The position numbers and the translations under genes are program-made. A DNA stretch of 64,000 nt from Candidatus Gottesmanbacteria bacterium RIFCSPHIGHO2_01_FULL_40_15 (GTDB taxonomy: Bacteria; Patescibacteriota; Microgenomatia; 2-02-FULL-39-11): positions 22,491-86,490 of the forward strand of contig MFJF01000015.1 in NCBI GenBank assembly GCA_001779115.1, read 5' to 3'. Below are positions 18,249 to 27,554 of this stretch, piece by piece; within the stretch, counting starts at the first letter, position 1; every line of letters starts with the position of its first letter. Under the pieces are notes generated by a model. The model worked only from the letters and a program-made list of their open reading frames with translations. It ran no database searches and was not told where the DNA came from.

Positions 18249-19312
18249 AAAAAAAGAAGATTCTGCTTTATAGTCCTTATCTGTCCACTCTGGGAGGCGG
18301 GGAAAGATATTTGTTCCAAATAGCCGCAGCTTTACAGAATGATCACCGGGTTACTTTGGCGGCGGATCCGGACATTAAAAAAAAAGCCGATAAATTTTTT
18401 TCCATTGATCTTAATAAAACGGAGATTATCCCGGTTAAATTATTCGTCAGCCAAAAGTTTATCTCCCGTTATTTTTTTACCAAACTTTACGACCTGGTTT
18501 TTTATGTCACTGACGGCAGTCTGATTTTTCCTTCAGCCAAAAAAAATTATCTCATTATCCAGTCACCAAATCATATCCCCCCCGATACTTTTCCCGTTAA
18601 ACTGAAACTGCCCGGTTGGAAGATTGTCTGTTACTCGGCTTTCATGAAAAATATCATATCCGGAAGGATTAACCGGAAGGCATATGTCCTTCCTCCGGCA
18701 GTTGATACCGTTCTTTTCAGTCAGGGGAACCGGAAAAAAGAAAAAATCATTCTTACTGTGGGTCGGATTTTTACCTCAGCCCTCCATGAAAAAAGACAGG
18801 ATTTCCTTATAAGTTTTTTCAAAAAAAATTACCGGAAACATTTTTCCGGTTGGCGGTTTATTATTTGCGGAAATGTAACGGAAGAGAGCGGCCAGAAAAC
18901 TTTTGAAAAAATGCAAATAAACATGAAAGGCGCGCCTGTTGAACTGCATAAAAATCTGCCTTTTTCCCGGCTTCTGACATTCTACCGCAAAGCAGCTGTT
19001 TATTGGCATGCCGCCGGATACGGTTCAGATGAAGAAACCAATCCTGAAAAAATGGAGCATTTCGGCATAACGACAATTGAGGCGATGGCGGCCGGTGCCG
19101 TACCGGTGGTATATGGAGCCGGAGGCCAAACGGAAATAATTGAAAATGGAAAATCAGGTTTTCTTTTTAAAGACGAGAGAATTTTTTTAAAGAGAAATAT
19201 TGAAATAATCACCAATCAAAATCTTTTAGACAAATTAAAAACCGGCGCCGTTAAAAAAGCAGCTGTCTACTCATTTGCCAATTTCCGTAAAAAAGTAAAT
19301 GAACTTATATAA
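18245..19312 (+). CDS. GT4 (GT-B) glycosyltransferase
   Basis: C-terminal EAMAAGAVPVVYGAGGQTEIIENGKSGFLF is a GT4 donor-binding motif. ATG 18245 is preferred over the ORF-track start at 18209. Confidence 0.7.
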   Translation: MKKKKILLYSPYLSTLGGGERYLFQIAAALQNDHRVTLAADPDIKKKADKFFSIDLNKTEIIPVKLFVSQKFISRYFFTKLYDLVFYVTDGSLIFPSAKKNYLIIQSPNHIPPDTFPVKLKLPGWKIVCYSAFMKNIISGRINRKAYVLPPAVDTVLFSQGNRKKEKIILTVGRIFTSALHEKRQDFLISFFKKNYRKHFSGWRFIICGNVTEESGQKTFEKMQINMKGAPVELHKNLPFSRLLTFYRKAAVYWHAAGYGSDEETNPEKMEHFGITTIEAMAAGAVPVVYGAGGQTEIIENGKSGFLFKDERIFLKRNIEIITNQNLLDKLKTGAVKKAAVYSFANFRKKVNELI

Positions 19313-21590
19313 AAAACACTTTTTCTTAATTCTTTTCTGTACGGTTGTTACGTTTTTTTATTTCCCCTTTTTTCTGTACGGTAAATTACCGGTAGCCGCC
19401 GACACCATCGTCGGAATGTATCACCCTTTCAGGGACAATATTTGGGACGGATTCAGAGCCGGTGTTCCTTTTAAAAATTACCTGATTACCGATCCGGTCA
19501 GACAGCAATATGTTTGGAGGGAATTGGCTGTAGACCAGATGAAAAAAGGTCAGCTTCCGGTCTGGAATCCTTATTCCTTTTCGGGAACGCCTCTTCTTGC
19601 CAATATTCAGGCTTCGGCTTTTTACCCCCTGAATATTCTCTTTTTTTTCCTGCCGTTTTCATTAGCCTGGTCCTGGCAGATAATTATCTCTGCGTTTTTG
19701 GCCGGAATTTTTATGTATTTATATCTAAGAAACAAAAATATTAGTCCTCCGGCTTCATTTATCGGAGCAATATCTTTCAGTTTTTCAGGCTTTGCTGTTT
19801 CCTGGCTCACCTGGAATACCATACTGCATACGGCCGCATTTCTTCCTTTATCTCTTTTTACCGCTGATAATATTTTTCTTCGTACCCGCCCCTTAAAACT
19901 CCACTTGGCGGTGTTTATTCTATCGCTTGTTTTCGCGTTTCTAGCCGGCCATCTGCAGATATTTTTTTACTCAATGATTTTAATCATCGCCAATATCCTT
20001 TTCAATCTCCGGACTCTTAAAAAAAATAAATTTTCTTATTTATTGTTATTTGGATTGAGTTTTCTGATTTTTATTCTTATCACTCTGCCTCAATCAATCC
20101 CCTTATTCCGTCTGATTTTTGAAAGTGCCCGGGATATTGATCAGGGCGTTTGGAGAAAAGTTGGCTGGTTTATTCCTTGGCAGAATTTAGTCCAGTTTCT
20201 GGTGCCTGATTTCTTCGGAAATCCGGCAACCGGTAATTATTTCGGTATTTGGAATTATATGGAATTTGTGGGGTATATAGGCGTAATCCCGCTGTTATTA
20301 TCCCTTTTTTCACTGGTTTTTATCCGCTCGCAATTAACTCTTTTTTTCGGCTCGGTTCTTATCATTTCCCTGCTGTTTGCATTCCCGACGCCTGTCGCCA
20401 GGCTTGTGTATATCTTCAATATTCCTCTAATTTCAACCGCCCAACCGACCCGGTTATTGTTCCTGGTTGATTTTTCACTGTCGGTTCTTGCCGCATATGG
20501 CCTTAACAGCCTGAAAGACTTTAAAAAATTCCGGAAAATGACAATAATTGCATTAATAATCTTTTTTGTATTTATTATATTATGGCTGTTGGTGTCTCTT
20601 CCTTTTGCCGAACCGCTTTTTTTCGATGAAGGTTTACGCTCAATCAGCCGCAGAAATCTGATCCTGCCCGGATTTATTTTTACGGCCGGCGCTCTTTCCC
20701 TGATGGGCTTTATAAAAAAACAATACAAGGCATCCCGGAAAATATTTATATTTGTTATTTTACTTTTAACAGTTGCCGATCTTATGAGATTTGCCTGGAA
20801 ATTTACACCCTTCAGCAACAGGAATTGGCTTTATCCCCAAACAAAAATTACCGATATTTTAAAAAGAGATACGTCCAAATGGCGTTTTATGTCCCTTGAC
20901 AGAAGAATAATGCCCCCTAATTTTTCAATCGCTTACAGGTTTGAAGACGCCGGTGGATATGATCCCTTATATCTCAAGGATTATAATCTGCTGGTATCTT
21001 CATGGAATCAGGGAAAAAGTGCGGTAGAAGCTTCCCCCTTTAACCGTATTGTCACTCCGCAAATTTCTGACAGTATTATTACCGATATTTTAAACGTCAA
21101 ATACCTTCTTTCGTACGGACCCTTATCATCAACAAAATTGAACTTAACGGCCGCCGAAGGAATGACCTATCTGTATGAGAATAAAAATGTTTTTCCAAGA
21201 GCCTGGCTGACCCCGTTTCTTATAAAAGTAAGTAATCAGGCACAGGTATTGGAAAAAATTTTTGAACTTAAAGATTTCCTGAAAACAATAACCGTCACAT
21301 CAGAGGCTGTTGATTTTAAAAATACCATCAATGCGCTTCCGGCTGTTATTCCCCCGGGCAATTCACCAAAAGACCGGGCAGACCTGGTGCTATGGAGCGA
21401 AAACAGCATCACTGTCAGGACATTTAGCGAAAAAACTCAAATTCTGGTGCTGTCGGAAATATATCATCCCTCCTGGAAAGTTAAAATTAACGGGAAAAAG
21501 GGTAAAATTTATAAAGTAAATTATCTTCTCCGCGGTATCCCTTTGGAAGAGGGTGAAAACCTGGTAGAGATGTCAGCCACCGTTTTTTGA
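19299..21590 (+). CDS. YfhO-family GT-C membrane glycosyltransferase
   Basis: 763 aa. N-terminal loop QLPVWNPYSFSGTPLLANIQASAFYP matches the YfhO signature. Many TM segments. C-terminal domain ends KVNYLLRGIPLEEGENLVEM. Confidence 0.7.
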   Translation: MNLYKKHFFLILFCTVVTFFYFPFFLYGKLPVAADTIVGMYHPFRDNIWDGFRAGVPFKNYLITDPVRQQYVWRELAVDQMKKGQLPVWNPYSFSGTPLLANIQASAFYPLNILFFFLPFSLAWSWQIIISAFLAGIFMYLYLRNKNISPPASFIGAISFSFSGFAVSWLTWNTILHTAAFLPLSLFTADNIFLRTRPLKLHLAVFILSLVFAFLAGHLQIFFYSMILIIANILFNLRTLKKNKFSYLLLFGLSFLIFILITLPQSIPLFRLIFESARDIDQGVWRKVGWFIPWQNLVQFLVPDFFGNPATGNYFGIWNYMEFVGYIGVIPLLLSLFSLVFIRSQLTLFFGSVLIISLLFAFPTPVARLVYIFNIPLISTAQPTRLLFLVDFSLSVLAAYGLNSLKDFKKFRKMTIIALIIFFVFIILWLLVSLPFAEPLFFDEGLRSISRRNLILPGFIFTAGALSLMGFIKKQYKASRKIFIFVILLLTVADLMRFAWKFTPFSNRNWLYPQTKITDILKRDTSKWRFMSLDRRIMPPNFSIAYRFEDAGGYDPLYLKDYNLLVSSWNQGKSAVEASPFNRIVTPQISDSIITDILNVKYLLSYGPLSSTKLNLTAAEGMTYLYENKNVFPRAWLTPFLIKVSNQAQVLEKIFELKDFLKTITVTSEAVDFKNTINALPAVIPPGNSPKDRADLVLWSENSITVRTFSEKTQILVLSEIYHPSWKVKINGKKGKIYKVNYLLRGIPLEEGENLVEMSATVF

Positions 21591-21592
21591 AT

Positions 21593-22417
21593 ATGAAAAT
21601 TTCAATTATCATTCCCAATTATAACGGCCGCGTACTTTTAGAAAAAAATCTGCCTGAAGTAATTAAAAACAGTCCGGCCGCGGAAATTATTGTGGTTGAT
21701 GACGCTTCCGGCGACGATTCAGTTTTTTTCTTAAAAAAGAATTTTCCCGGTATAAAAATAATCGGAAAAAATAAAAATACCGGTTTTTCTTCAACGGTAA
21801 ATACCGGAGTTGAAAAAGCAAAGGGAGATTTAATAATACTTCTAAACACTGATGTCTATCCGAAAAAAGATTATGTTAAACCGCTCCTTTCGTATTTTAA
21901 CGATCCCCTGACTTTTGCCGTTGGTATGCTGCAGGAAAGTCATGAAGGAGGAAAGATTATAAAAAGGGGCAGGGGAGAAGGTGAATTCAAAAAAGGATTT
22001 TTGATTCACCGGCGGGGGCAGATAGATAAAAATGATACTCTTTGGGTTTCGGGAGGCGCCGGGATTTTCAGAAAAAGTATTTGGGAAAAATTGGGCGGTT
22101 TTGATGAAATATTCGATCCTTTTTATTGGGAAGATATAGACTTATCCTTCAGGGCGGTTAAAAAAGGATATAAAATTTGGTTTGAAAAAAATTCCGTTGT
22201 TGTCCACCGCCAATCGCAAGGATCGATCAGAAATGAATATAATCCTTCCCGGATAAAAACTATTGCCTATAGAAACCAGTTTTATTTTGTCCGTAAAAAC
22301 TTGACCGGAGCGGATGACAGAATTGCCCATTACATCTGGCTTCCTTATCATTTTATAAATGCGCTAAAATCCGGCGACTGGCCTTTTTTTATGGGATTTT
22401 TTCCGAAAAAACAATGA
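21593..22417 (+). CDS. GT2 glycosyltransferase
   Basis: KISIIIPNYNGRVLLEK...VVDDASGDDS...LNTDV and YWEDIDLSFR (GT2 ED motif). Confidence 0.7.
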   Translation: MKISIIIPNYNGRVLLEKNLPEVIKNSPAAEIIVVDDASGDDSVFFLKKNFPGIKIIGKNKNTGFSSTVNTGVEKAKGDLIILLNTDVYPKKDYVKPLLSYFNDPLTFAVGMLQESHEGGKIIKRGRGEGEFKKGFLIHRRGQIDKNDTLWVSGGAGIFRKSIWEKLGGFDEIFDPFYWEDIDLSFRAVKKGYKIWFEKNSVVVHRQSQGSIRNEYNPSRIKTIAYRNQFYFVRKNLTGADDRIAHYIWLPYHFINALKSGDWPFFMGFFPKKQ

Positions 22418-22611
22418 AGAATATTAGCCGGAGAAAGATTATCCTTACAGCTGTAATTTTTCTGATACTTCTTCTAGATTGGGCAGCCCTGGATGACATT
22501 ACCACCGGAAATGAGCCTGATTATTACGGTGAATACGCGGTTTTGATATTAAGCGCCGTTTTTTTTGTAATTTATTTTCTTTGGAAAAGTACCCGGAAAA
22601 AAGCCGTTTGA
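22414..22611 (+). CDS. small two-TM membrane protein
   Basis: 65 aa with two hydrophobic helices. ATGA overlap with the upstream GT2. Confidence 0.35.
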   Translation: MKNISRRKIILTAVIFLILLLDWAALDDITTGNEPDYYGEYAVLILSAVFFVIYFLWKSTRKKAV

Positions 22612-22638
22612 GGACGCATAATTCTAATCTGTTATAAT
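22609..22638 (+). promoter_or_regulatory. candidate sigma70-like promoter (TTGAGG-N18-TATAAT) upstream of the transaldolase-family gene
   Basis: TATAAT at 22633-22638 and TTGAGG at 22609-22614, in the 60-nt gap before ATG 22672. Confidence 0.35.
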
Positions 22639-22671
22639 GGCTTGAGAAATTATATCTTCCTGCCTGAGTTT

Positions 22672-23877
22672 ATGAAGGAAAGCGTATTGGAACGACTGGC
22701 CAGAGTCCATCCTGATCTTGAAATCTGGTGGGATTCTTCTCCTCTTGTTTTTACTTCCTGGGTTAAGAAAATGGTTGATGGTTCGGAAGTTTCCCGAAAA
22801 AACAGACTGGCGGAGCAGCTTAACAGGATATATTCCGTTGAAAATCCTGAAAAAAGTCTGATTCGCGGTTGCACTACCAATCCGCCGCTGTCATTGGCTG
22901 CCGTAAAAAACGATCTTCCTTATTGGAACAATTGGATAGATAATCTGATAAATAAAAACAGGGGGTTTAACCGATATGAATATTTTCTTTTAACTTATAA
23001 GGAAATAATCCGCAGAGGTGCCCTTATGATGCTGCCGATTTGGAAAGCCACAAAAGGCCGATACGGTTACATTTCCGGACAGCTTGATCCGAGGCTTCTG
23101 ACAGAGACGGACCAAATGATAAAACAGGCCCGTGAAATACGCTCAATTGCCCCCAATGTCATGATAAAGGTTCCTGCCAGTACCCAGGGTGTGGAAGTGG
23201 TAAAAGTATTAACTTCGCTGGCTATTCCGACCAATGTCACTACCTGTTTTACCTTACCGCAAATATGGGCGGTTGCCAAAGCAGCCAAATTAGGAGTTAA
23301 AATAGCCCTGAAAAATAAAGTGGATATGAGCCGGTGGCGGGCCGTCATTACCATGATGATTGGCCGGCTGACGGAAAATCCGGAATTGGAAACCCAGGCC
23401 AAAGCCCACAATATTTCACTGTCCTGGAAAGATAAGCATTGGTTAGGCATTTATATATTCCGAAAAGCTTACAATTTATTGCATGAAAATGACATGCCCA
23501 GCAAAATGCTTGCCTGTTCAATGCGCGACGGACCTCACCTGAACGGCAAATACCGTTTTTGGGATATTGAAAAAATTGCCGGTAATATCATCTATACCAT
23601 GCCGCCGTACGTTCTTGACCCGCTGTTTAACCTCTGCGGCGGTCTTACTTTCCGTGAAGAAATTCTTTATGAAGATGTGCCTACCGGGGTAATGCATAAA
23701 CTGGAAAAAATACCGTTCGCCCGCTCGGCTTGGGATAAAGACGGTATGGCTGTTGACCGGTTCAACACCCATCCGTCAACGGTCGCCACATCAAAAGCTT
23801 TCAGAGCCGCATCATCCGGTTTGGAAGAATATATCGGAGAACGGATGAAAATTATTAAAAAGACAATCCGGAAATGA
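22672..23877 (+). CDS. transaldolase-family protein
   Basis: The GCTTNPPL motif (TTNP) and IKVPASTQGVEV..NVTTCFTLPQ match the transaldolase fold. ATG 22672 is preferred over the ORF-track TTG start at 22642. Confidence 0.65.
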   Translation: MKESVLERLARVHPDLEIWWDSSPLVFTSWVKKMVDGSEVSRKNRLAEQLNRIYSVENPEKSLIRGCTTNPPLSLAAVKNDLPYWNNWIDNLINKNRGFNRYEYFLLTYKEIIRRGALMMLPIWKATKGRYGYISGQLDPRLLTETDQMIKQAREIRSIAPNVMIKVPASTQGVEVVKVLTSLAIPTNVTTCFTLPQIWAVAKAAKLGVKIALKNKVDMSRWRAVITMMIGRLTENPELETQAKAHNISLSWKDKHWLGIYIFRKAYNLLHENDMPSKMLACSMRDGPHLNGKYRFWDIEKIAGNIIYTMPPYVLDPLFNLCGGLTFREEILYEDVPTGVMHKLEKIPFARSAWDKDGMAVDRFNTHPSTVATSKAFRAASSGLEEYIGERMKIIKKTIRK

Positions 23878-25037
23878 CAGGCAAAACAACAAGACAAAAA
23901 ATGTTAAAAAAAACAATTGAGGATTATTTTGTTCCCTGGATTAAACCGCTGAAAATGTATGTTTCGGACCATATCGAACTGGCCTGGCAAAAGCCCGGTC
24001 TTCACCGGATGATGTCCAATGAAAACCCGGTCCCTCCGTCCCGGAAAATAATAAAAACCATATTAAAATATTCCGCTTTGGCCAACCGGTATCCTGACCA
24101 GGGCCTTTCCGTCAGGTCAAAAATTGCCGCAATAAACGGACTGAAAGGCCCTGAAAATGTTGTTCTCGGTAACGGATCGAGCGAAATATTTGATATGATT
24201 TTCAGGTCTTTTGTTACCAGGGGTGATCAGGTGATTCAAGAGATTCCGTGCTTTGGTATCTACAAATTAAGATGTGAATTGCTTGGAGGAAAAATAGTTT
24301 CCGTACCCATGATCTACCGTGACAATCAACTTTTATACAATACCGATGCCCTTTTAAAGTTGGTGTCTTCAAAAACTAAGATCATCACCATTGCCAATCC
24401 GAATAACCCTTCCGGAAATTTTATGGATAACAGGGATTTTGTAAAAATCGCCGGTACCGGTATTCCGTTTGTGATAGACGAAGCTTATATAGAGTATTCC
24501 GGTTTGGGAAAATCGCAGGTTAATCTGATTAAAAAATTCCAAAACGTGATTATCACCAGAACTTTATCCAAAGCATACGGATTAGCCGGTCTCCGCTTCG
24601 GCTACCTTCTGGCCGATGAAGGAATTGCCGGAAAAATTGCCGCGACTCTCATTCCCTGGAATGTGGGAACTATTTCAATGTGGACTGCCCTTACTGCTTT
24701 AGAGGATAACCGTGATCTGGAAAAAAAGGTCAAATACAATAACCGACAGGTTGCTTTCATAATAAAAATGCTGGAAAATATTCCCGGATTAATCAGTTTT
24801 CCTTCCCGGGCTAATTTCATTCTTTTTGACGCCGGGCCGGCCGGATATAAAGGCGCCGATATTATTGAATTTGCCACTAAAAGGGGAATAATTCTGCGCG
24901 GTGAAAAAACTCAATACGGCAGTGACGGCTGGTTCCGGGTTACGATCGGCACGGAAAAGGAGAATCAAAAGTTTGTGGGATTGATCAGGGATTTTTTCTC
25001 ATTTAATAATTCTAAAAAAAACAGATTAAAGCAGTGA
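23874..25037 (+). CDS. class I/II PLP-dependent aminotransferase (HisC-like)
   Basis: TRTLSKAYGLAGLRFGY (PLP-Lys region), NPNNPSGNF, 387 aa. Confidence 0.7.
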   Translation: MTGKTTRQKMLKKTIEDYFVPWIKPLKMYVSDHIELAWQKPGLHRMMSNENPVPPSRKIIKTILKYSALANRYPDQGLSVRSKIAAINGLKGPENVVLGNGSSEIFDMIFRSFVTRGDQVIQEIPCFGIYKLRCELLGGKIVSVPMIYRDNQLLYNTDALLKLVSSKTKIITIANPNNPSGNFMDNRDFVKIAGTGIPFVIDEAYIEYSGLGKSQVNLIKKFQNVIITRTLSKAYGLAGLRFGYLLADEGIAGKIAATLIPWNVGTISMWTALTALEDNRDLEKKVKYNNRQVAFIIKMLENIPGLISFPSRANFILFDAGPAGYKGADIIEFATKRGIILRGEKTQYGSDGWFRVTIGTEKENQKFVGLIRDFFSFNNSKKNRLKQ

Positions 25038-25084
25038 ATCCGGTTTTTAAATATTATAGGCTCCCGGTATGGTACAATAACTAA

Positions 25085-26758
25085 ATGAAAAAGACATTGG
25101 TGCTTTTGGGCGCCGTGACAATCCTGGCTGCTGTTTTAAGATTATACCGGCTGGGTTCAACGCCCATTTCCCTTGAGTGGGATGAAGTAGCCATCGGATA
25201 TGATGCTTATTCCCTAATAAAAACCGGCCGTGATCAGTTTGGGGATTTACTTCCTGTCACTTTCCGTTCACTGGATGATTACAAGCCTCCTATTTATGAA
25301 TATCTTACCGTTATTCCGGTTTCCGTTTTCGGATTAACCGGTTTTGCCGTCAGATTACCCTCTGCTTTGTCCGGTATCGGTATGGTTTTTCTTCTTTATT
25401 TTTTTGCCGGTATTTTATTTCAAAATATTTTTTTATTGAAAAATTACAAAAATAAAGCCGCTCTGCTGGCTTCTTTTTTATTGGCTGTTTCTCCCTGGCA
25501 TATTCAGTTTTCAAGGGCTGCCTTTGAAGTTAATGTGGCAGCTTTAATAACTGTTTCAGCGGTCTTTTTGTTCCTTAAAGGGCTCAAAAACCCCCGTTAT
25601 TTCATATATTCGGCAGGTCTTTTCGGGCTTGATTTATTTTCTTATCATTCTGCACGAGTTGTCGCGCCTCTTTTATTAATCTTCCTTTTTGTGATTTTTA
25701 ATAAATCCTTGCCCGGCAAAAAGCCGGTAATTTATTTTATGGTAATTTTTGGAGTTTTCCTTCTGGCTGTTCTGCCGGTCTTATTTTCCCAAAACGCCCA
25801 AATCAGATTTACGGCAACCAATATTTTCCGTCCGGCTGCCCGTTATCTGGATGAAAAAGACCTGGATAAGATTTTTCTTGAACAGAGATTGAACGATATA
25901 TTCAAGGGATATGAATTTAGCGGTAAAATTTTTCACAACCGCCGGTTAGTCTGGTTTGATTATGACACGCTTAAAAAAGCTTTTAATAATTATCTATCCA
26001 ATTACCGGTTTGAATATCTGTTTATCAAAGGAGATGCACCGCTCCATCATGCGCCCGGTTTTGGCTTATTTCATATGTGGGAGTTGCCGTATCTTGCCGC
26101 CGGGATAATCTTTTTACTGTTTAAAGGTTTAAACCGTTACAGCCTTTTTCTGCTTTTTTGGCTTTTAATTGCTCCTTTGCCCAATGCCGTCACCAGGGAA
26201 GCTCCTCACTCCGTCAGAACACTTCTGTTGCTTCCGGTCTATCAGCTGTTGGGGGCAGCCGGTCTGATTTATCTCTATAATTTGGCAAAAGAAAACTTTT
26301 GGGTTCTCTTTCTGCCGGTCACCATAATTACTTTTCTGTTTATAATAAATCACGGCTATTATCTGCATCAGTATTTCATCCATACCGATTTTGATGTTGC
26401 CGCAAACTGGAAATACGGCCGGAAACAGGCGGTAAATATTACTGAAAAAATAAAAATCAATTATGACCGGGTTCTGGTGTCTCTGTCTCTTGAGATGCCG
26501 CATGTTTTTTGGCTGTTTTACAGCCGGTTTCCTCCCGACCGGTATCTGGTAAACGGCGGGACAGTTTCGGGAGGTTATGCTGATGAGAGGAACTCTTTTG
26601 ATAAATATCAGTTTCGTAATTTTGATTATAAACTGTTAAAGGGTCAGGGAAACCTGCTGTTGGTCGGTACACCCGGTGATTTTCCGGCCGGAGCCGATAT
26701 TTTTGTAAACATTTATAACCCCGACGGTTCAGTTGCTCTGCAGATGGCCCGAAACTGA
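25085..26758 (+). CDS. PMT_2/ArnT-like GT-C membrane glycosyltransferase (B-family paralog B1)
   Basis: N-terminal signature LRLYRLGSTPISLEWDEVAIGYDAYSLIKTGRDQFGDLLPVTFRSLDDYKPP. Polytopic, with a C-terminal soluble domain. Confidence 0.65.
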   Translation: MKKTLVLLGAVTILAAVLRLYRLGSTPISLEWDEVAIGYDAYSLIKTGRDQFGDLLPVTFRSLDDYKPPIYEYLTVIPVSVFGLTGFAVRLPSALSGIGMVFLLYFFAGILFQNIFLLKNYKNKAALLASFLLAVSPWHIQFSRAAFEVNVAALITVSAVFLFLKGLKNPRYFIYSAGLFGLDLFSYHSARVVAPLLLIFLFVIFNKSLPGKKPVIYFMVIFGVFLLAVLPVLFSQNAQIRFTATNIFRPAARYLDEKDLDKIFLEQRLNDIFKGYEFSGKIFHNRRLVWFDYDTLKKAFNNYLSNYRFEYLFIKGDAPLHHAPGFGLFHMWELPYLAAGIIFLLFKGLNRYSLFLLFWLLIAPLPNAVTREAPHSVRTLLLLPVYQLLGAAGLIYLYNLAKENFWVLFLPVTIITFLFIINHGYYLHQYFIHTDFDVAANWKYGRKQAVNITEKIKINYDRVLVSLSLEMPHVFWLFYSRFPPDRYLVNGGTVSGGYADERNSFDKYQFRNFDYKLLKGQGNLLLVGTPGDFPAGADIFVNIYNPDGSVALQMARN

Positions 26759-26765
26759 TAATTTT

Positions 26766-27554
26766 ATGTCCGTCTTTCTGCTTTTAACTTTAATAAGCAT
26801 ATTTAATATCATTATCAGATTTTTTAACTCCTCCGCCCGGTTTAATTCTTCTCTTACCGCATTTGTCCCCGTTGTTTTATATTTTTATCTGGCTAATTAT
26901 TTTAAAAGAAAAAAAATTGCCCTTATCAGTTCATTTATTTTCAGCCTTTTACCGCAAACAGTGGCTTTAGGCCGGATCGCCTCTCCCGTAAATTTCCAGG
27001 TATTTCTGTTTTTGCTATTCCTGATATGTTTTTCCTATATCAGAAAAATATCTGTCCGGATCGGGCTTTTTTTTCTGTGGTTTTACATATCTTTTTTGAC
27101 CTTCAGGGGTTTTTGGTTTTATCACTCCTATCCCCAAAATTCTGTGTATAAATTGATGGAAAATATTTTCAATCTGACTTCTTTTAACCTTCTCTTTTTC
27201 AACAACGTGACATACTACTGGGGTGGCGTCAGGGAAAACGGTATATTGTATATTGCCCTGTTGCCTTTTTTTTTGATCGGGCTTTTTACCCTTATCCGGT
27301 CAAAAACTACAAACATCATAAGCGTCACGGCAGTCATATTCATTTTAACGGTCATGTCACCGTCATACCCTGAATCCAAGGAAATTTTCATGGCTTTTCC
27401 CATGCTGTCGGCCGTTACCGGCCGGGGTTTTTATGAATTATGGCACCGGAATAATTTGTTAAACCGGTTATTTACAGGGTTTTTGATTTTATTTCTTATT
27501 TATGAAACAGCCCAGTTTTTGCATTATTACTTTATTCATTTTCCCCTGGAATGA
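26766..27554 (+). CDS. polytopic membrane protein of unknown function. The ORF-track start is TTG 26733.
   Basis: About 260 aa and 6-8 hydrophobic segments, between paralogs B1 and B2. No recognisable motif. Confidence 0.4.
   Translation: MSVFLLLTLISIFNIIIRFFNSSARFNSSLTAFVPVVLYFYLANYFKRKKIALISSFIFSLLPQTVALGRIASPVNFQVFLFLLFLICFSYIRKISVRIGLFFLWFYISFLTFRGFWFYHSYPQNSVYKLMENIFNLTSFNLLFFNNVTYYWGGVRENGILYIALLPFFLIGLFTLIRSKTTNIISVTAVIFILTVMSPSYPESKEIFMAFPMLSAVTGRGFYELWHRNNLLNRLFTGFLILFLIYETAQFLHYYFIHFPLE

Noticed and set aside
25038-25084. Possible internal promoter (tacaat near 25072) before paralog B1
   Set aside because: There is only a weak -10-like hexamer with no convincing -35. I could not distinguish it from AT-rich background, so it is not called as a feature.
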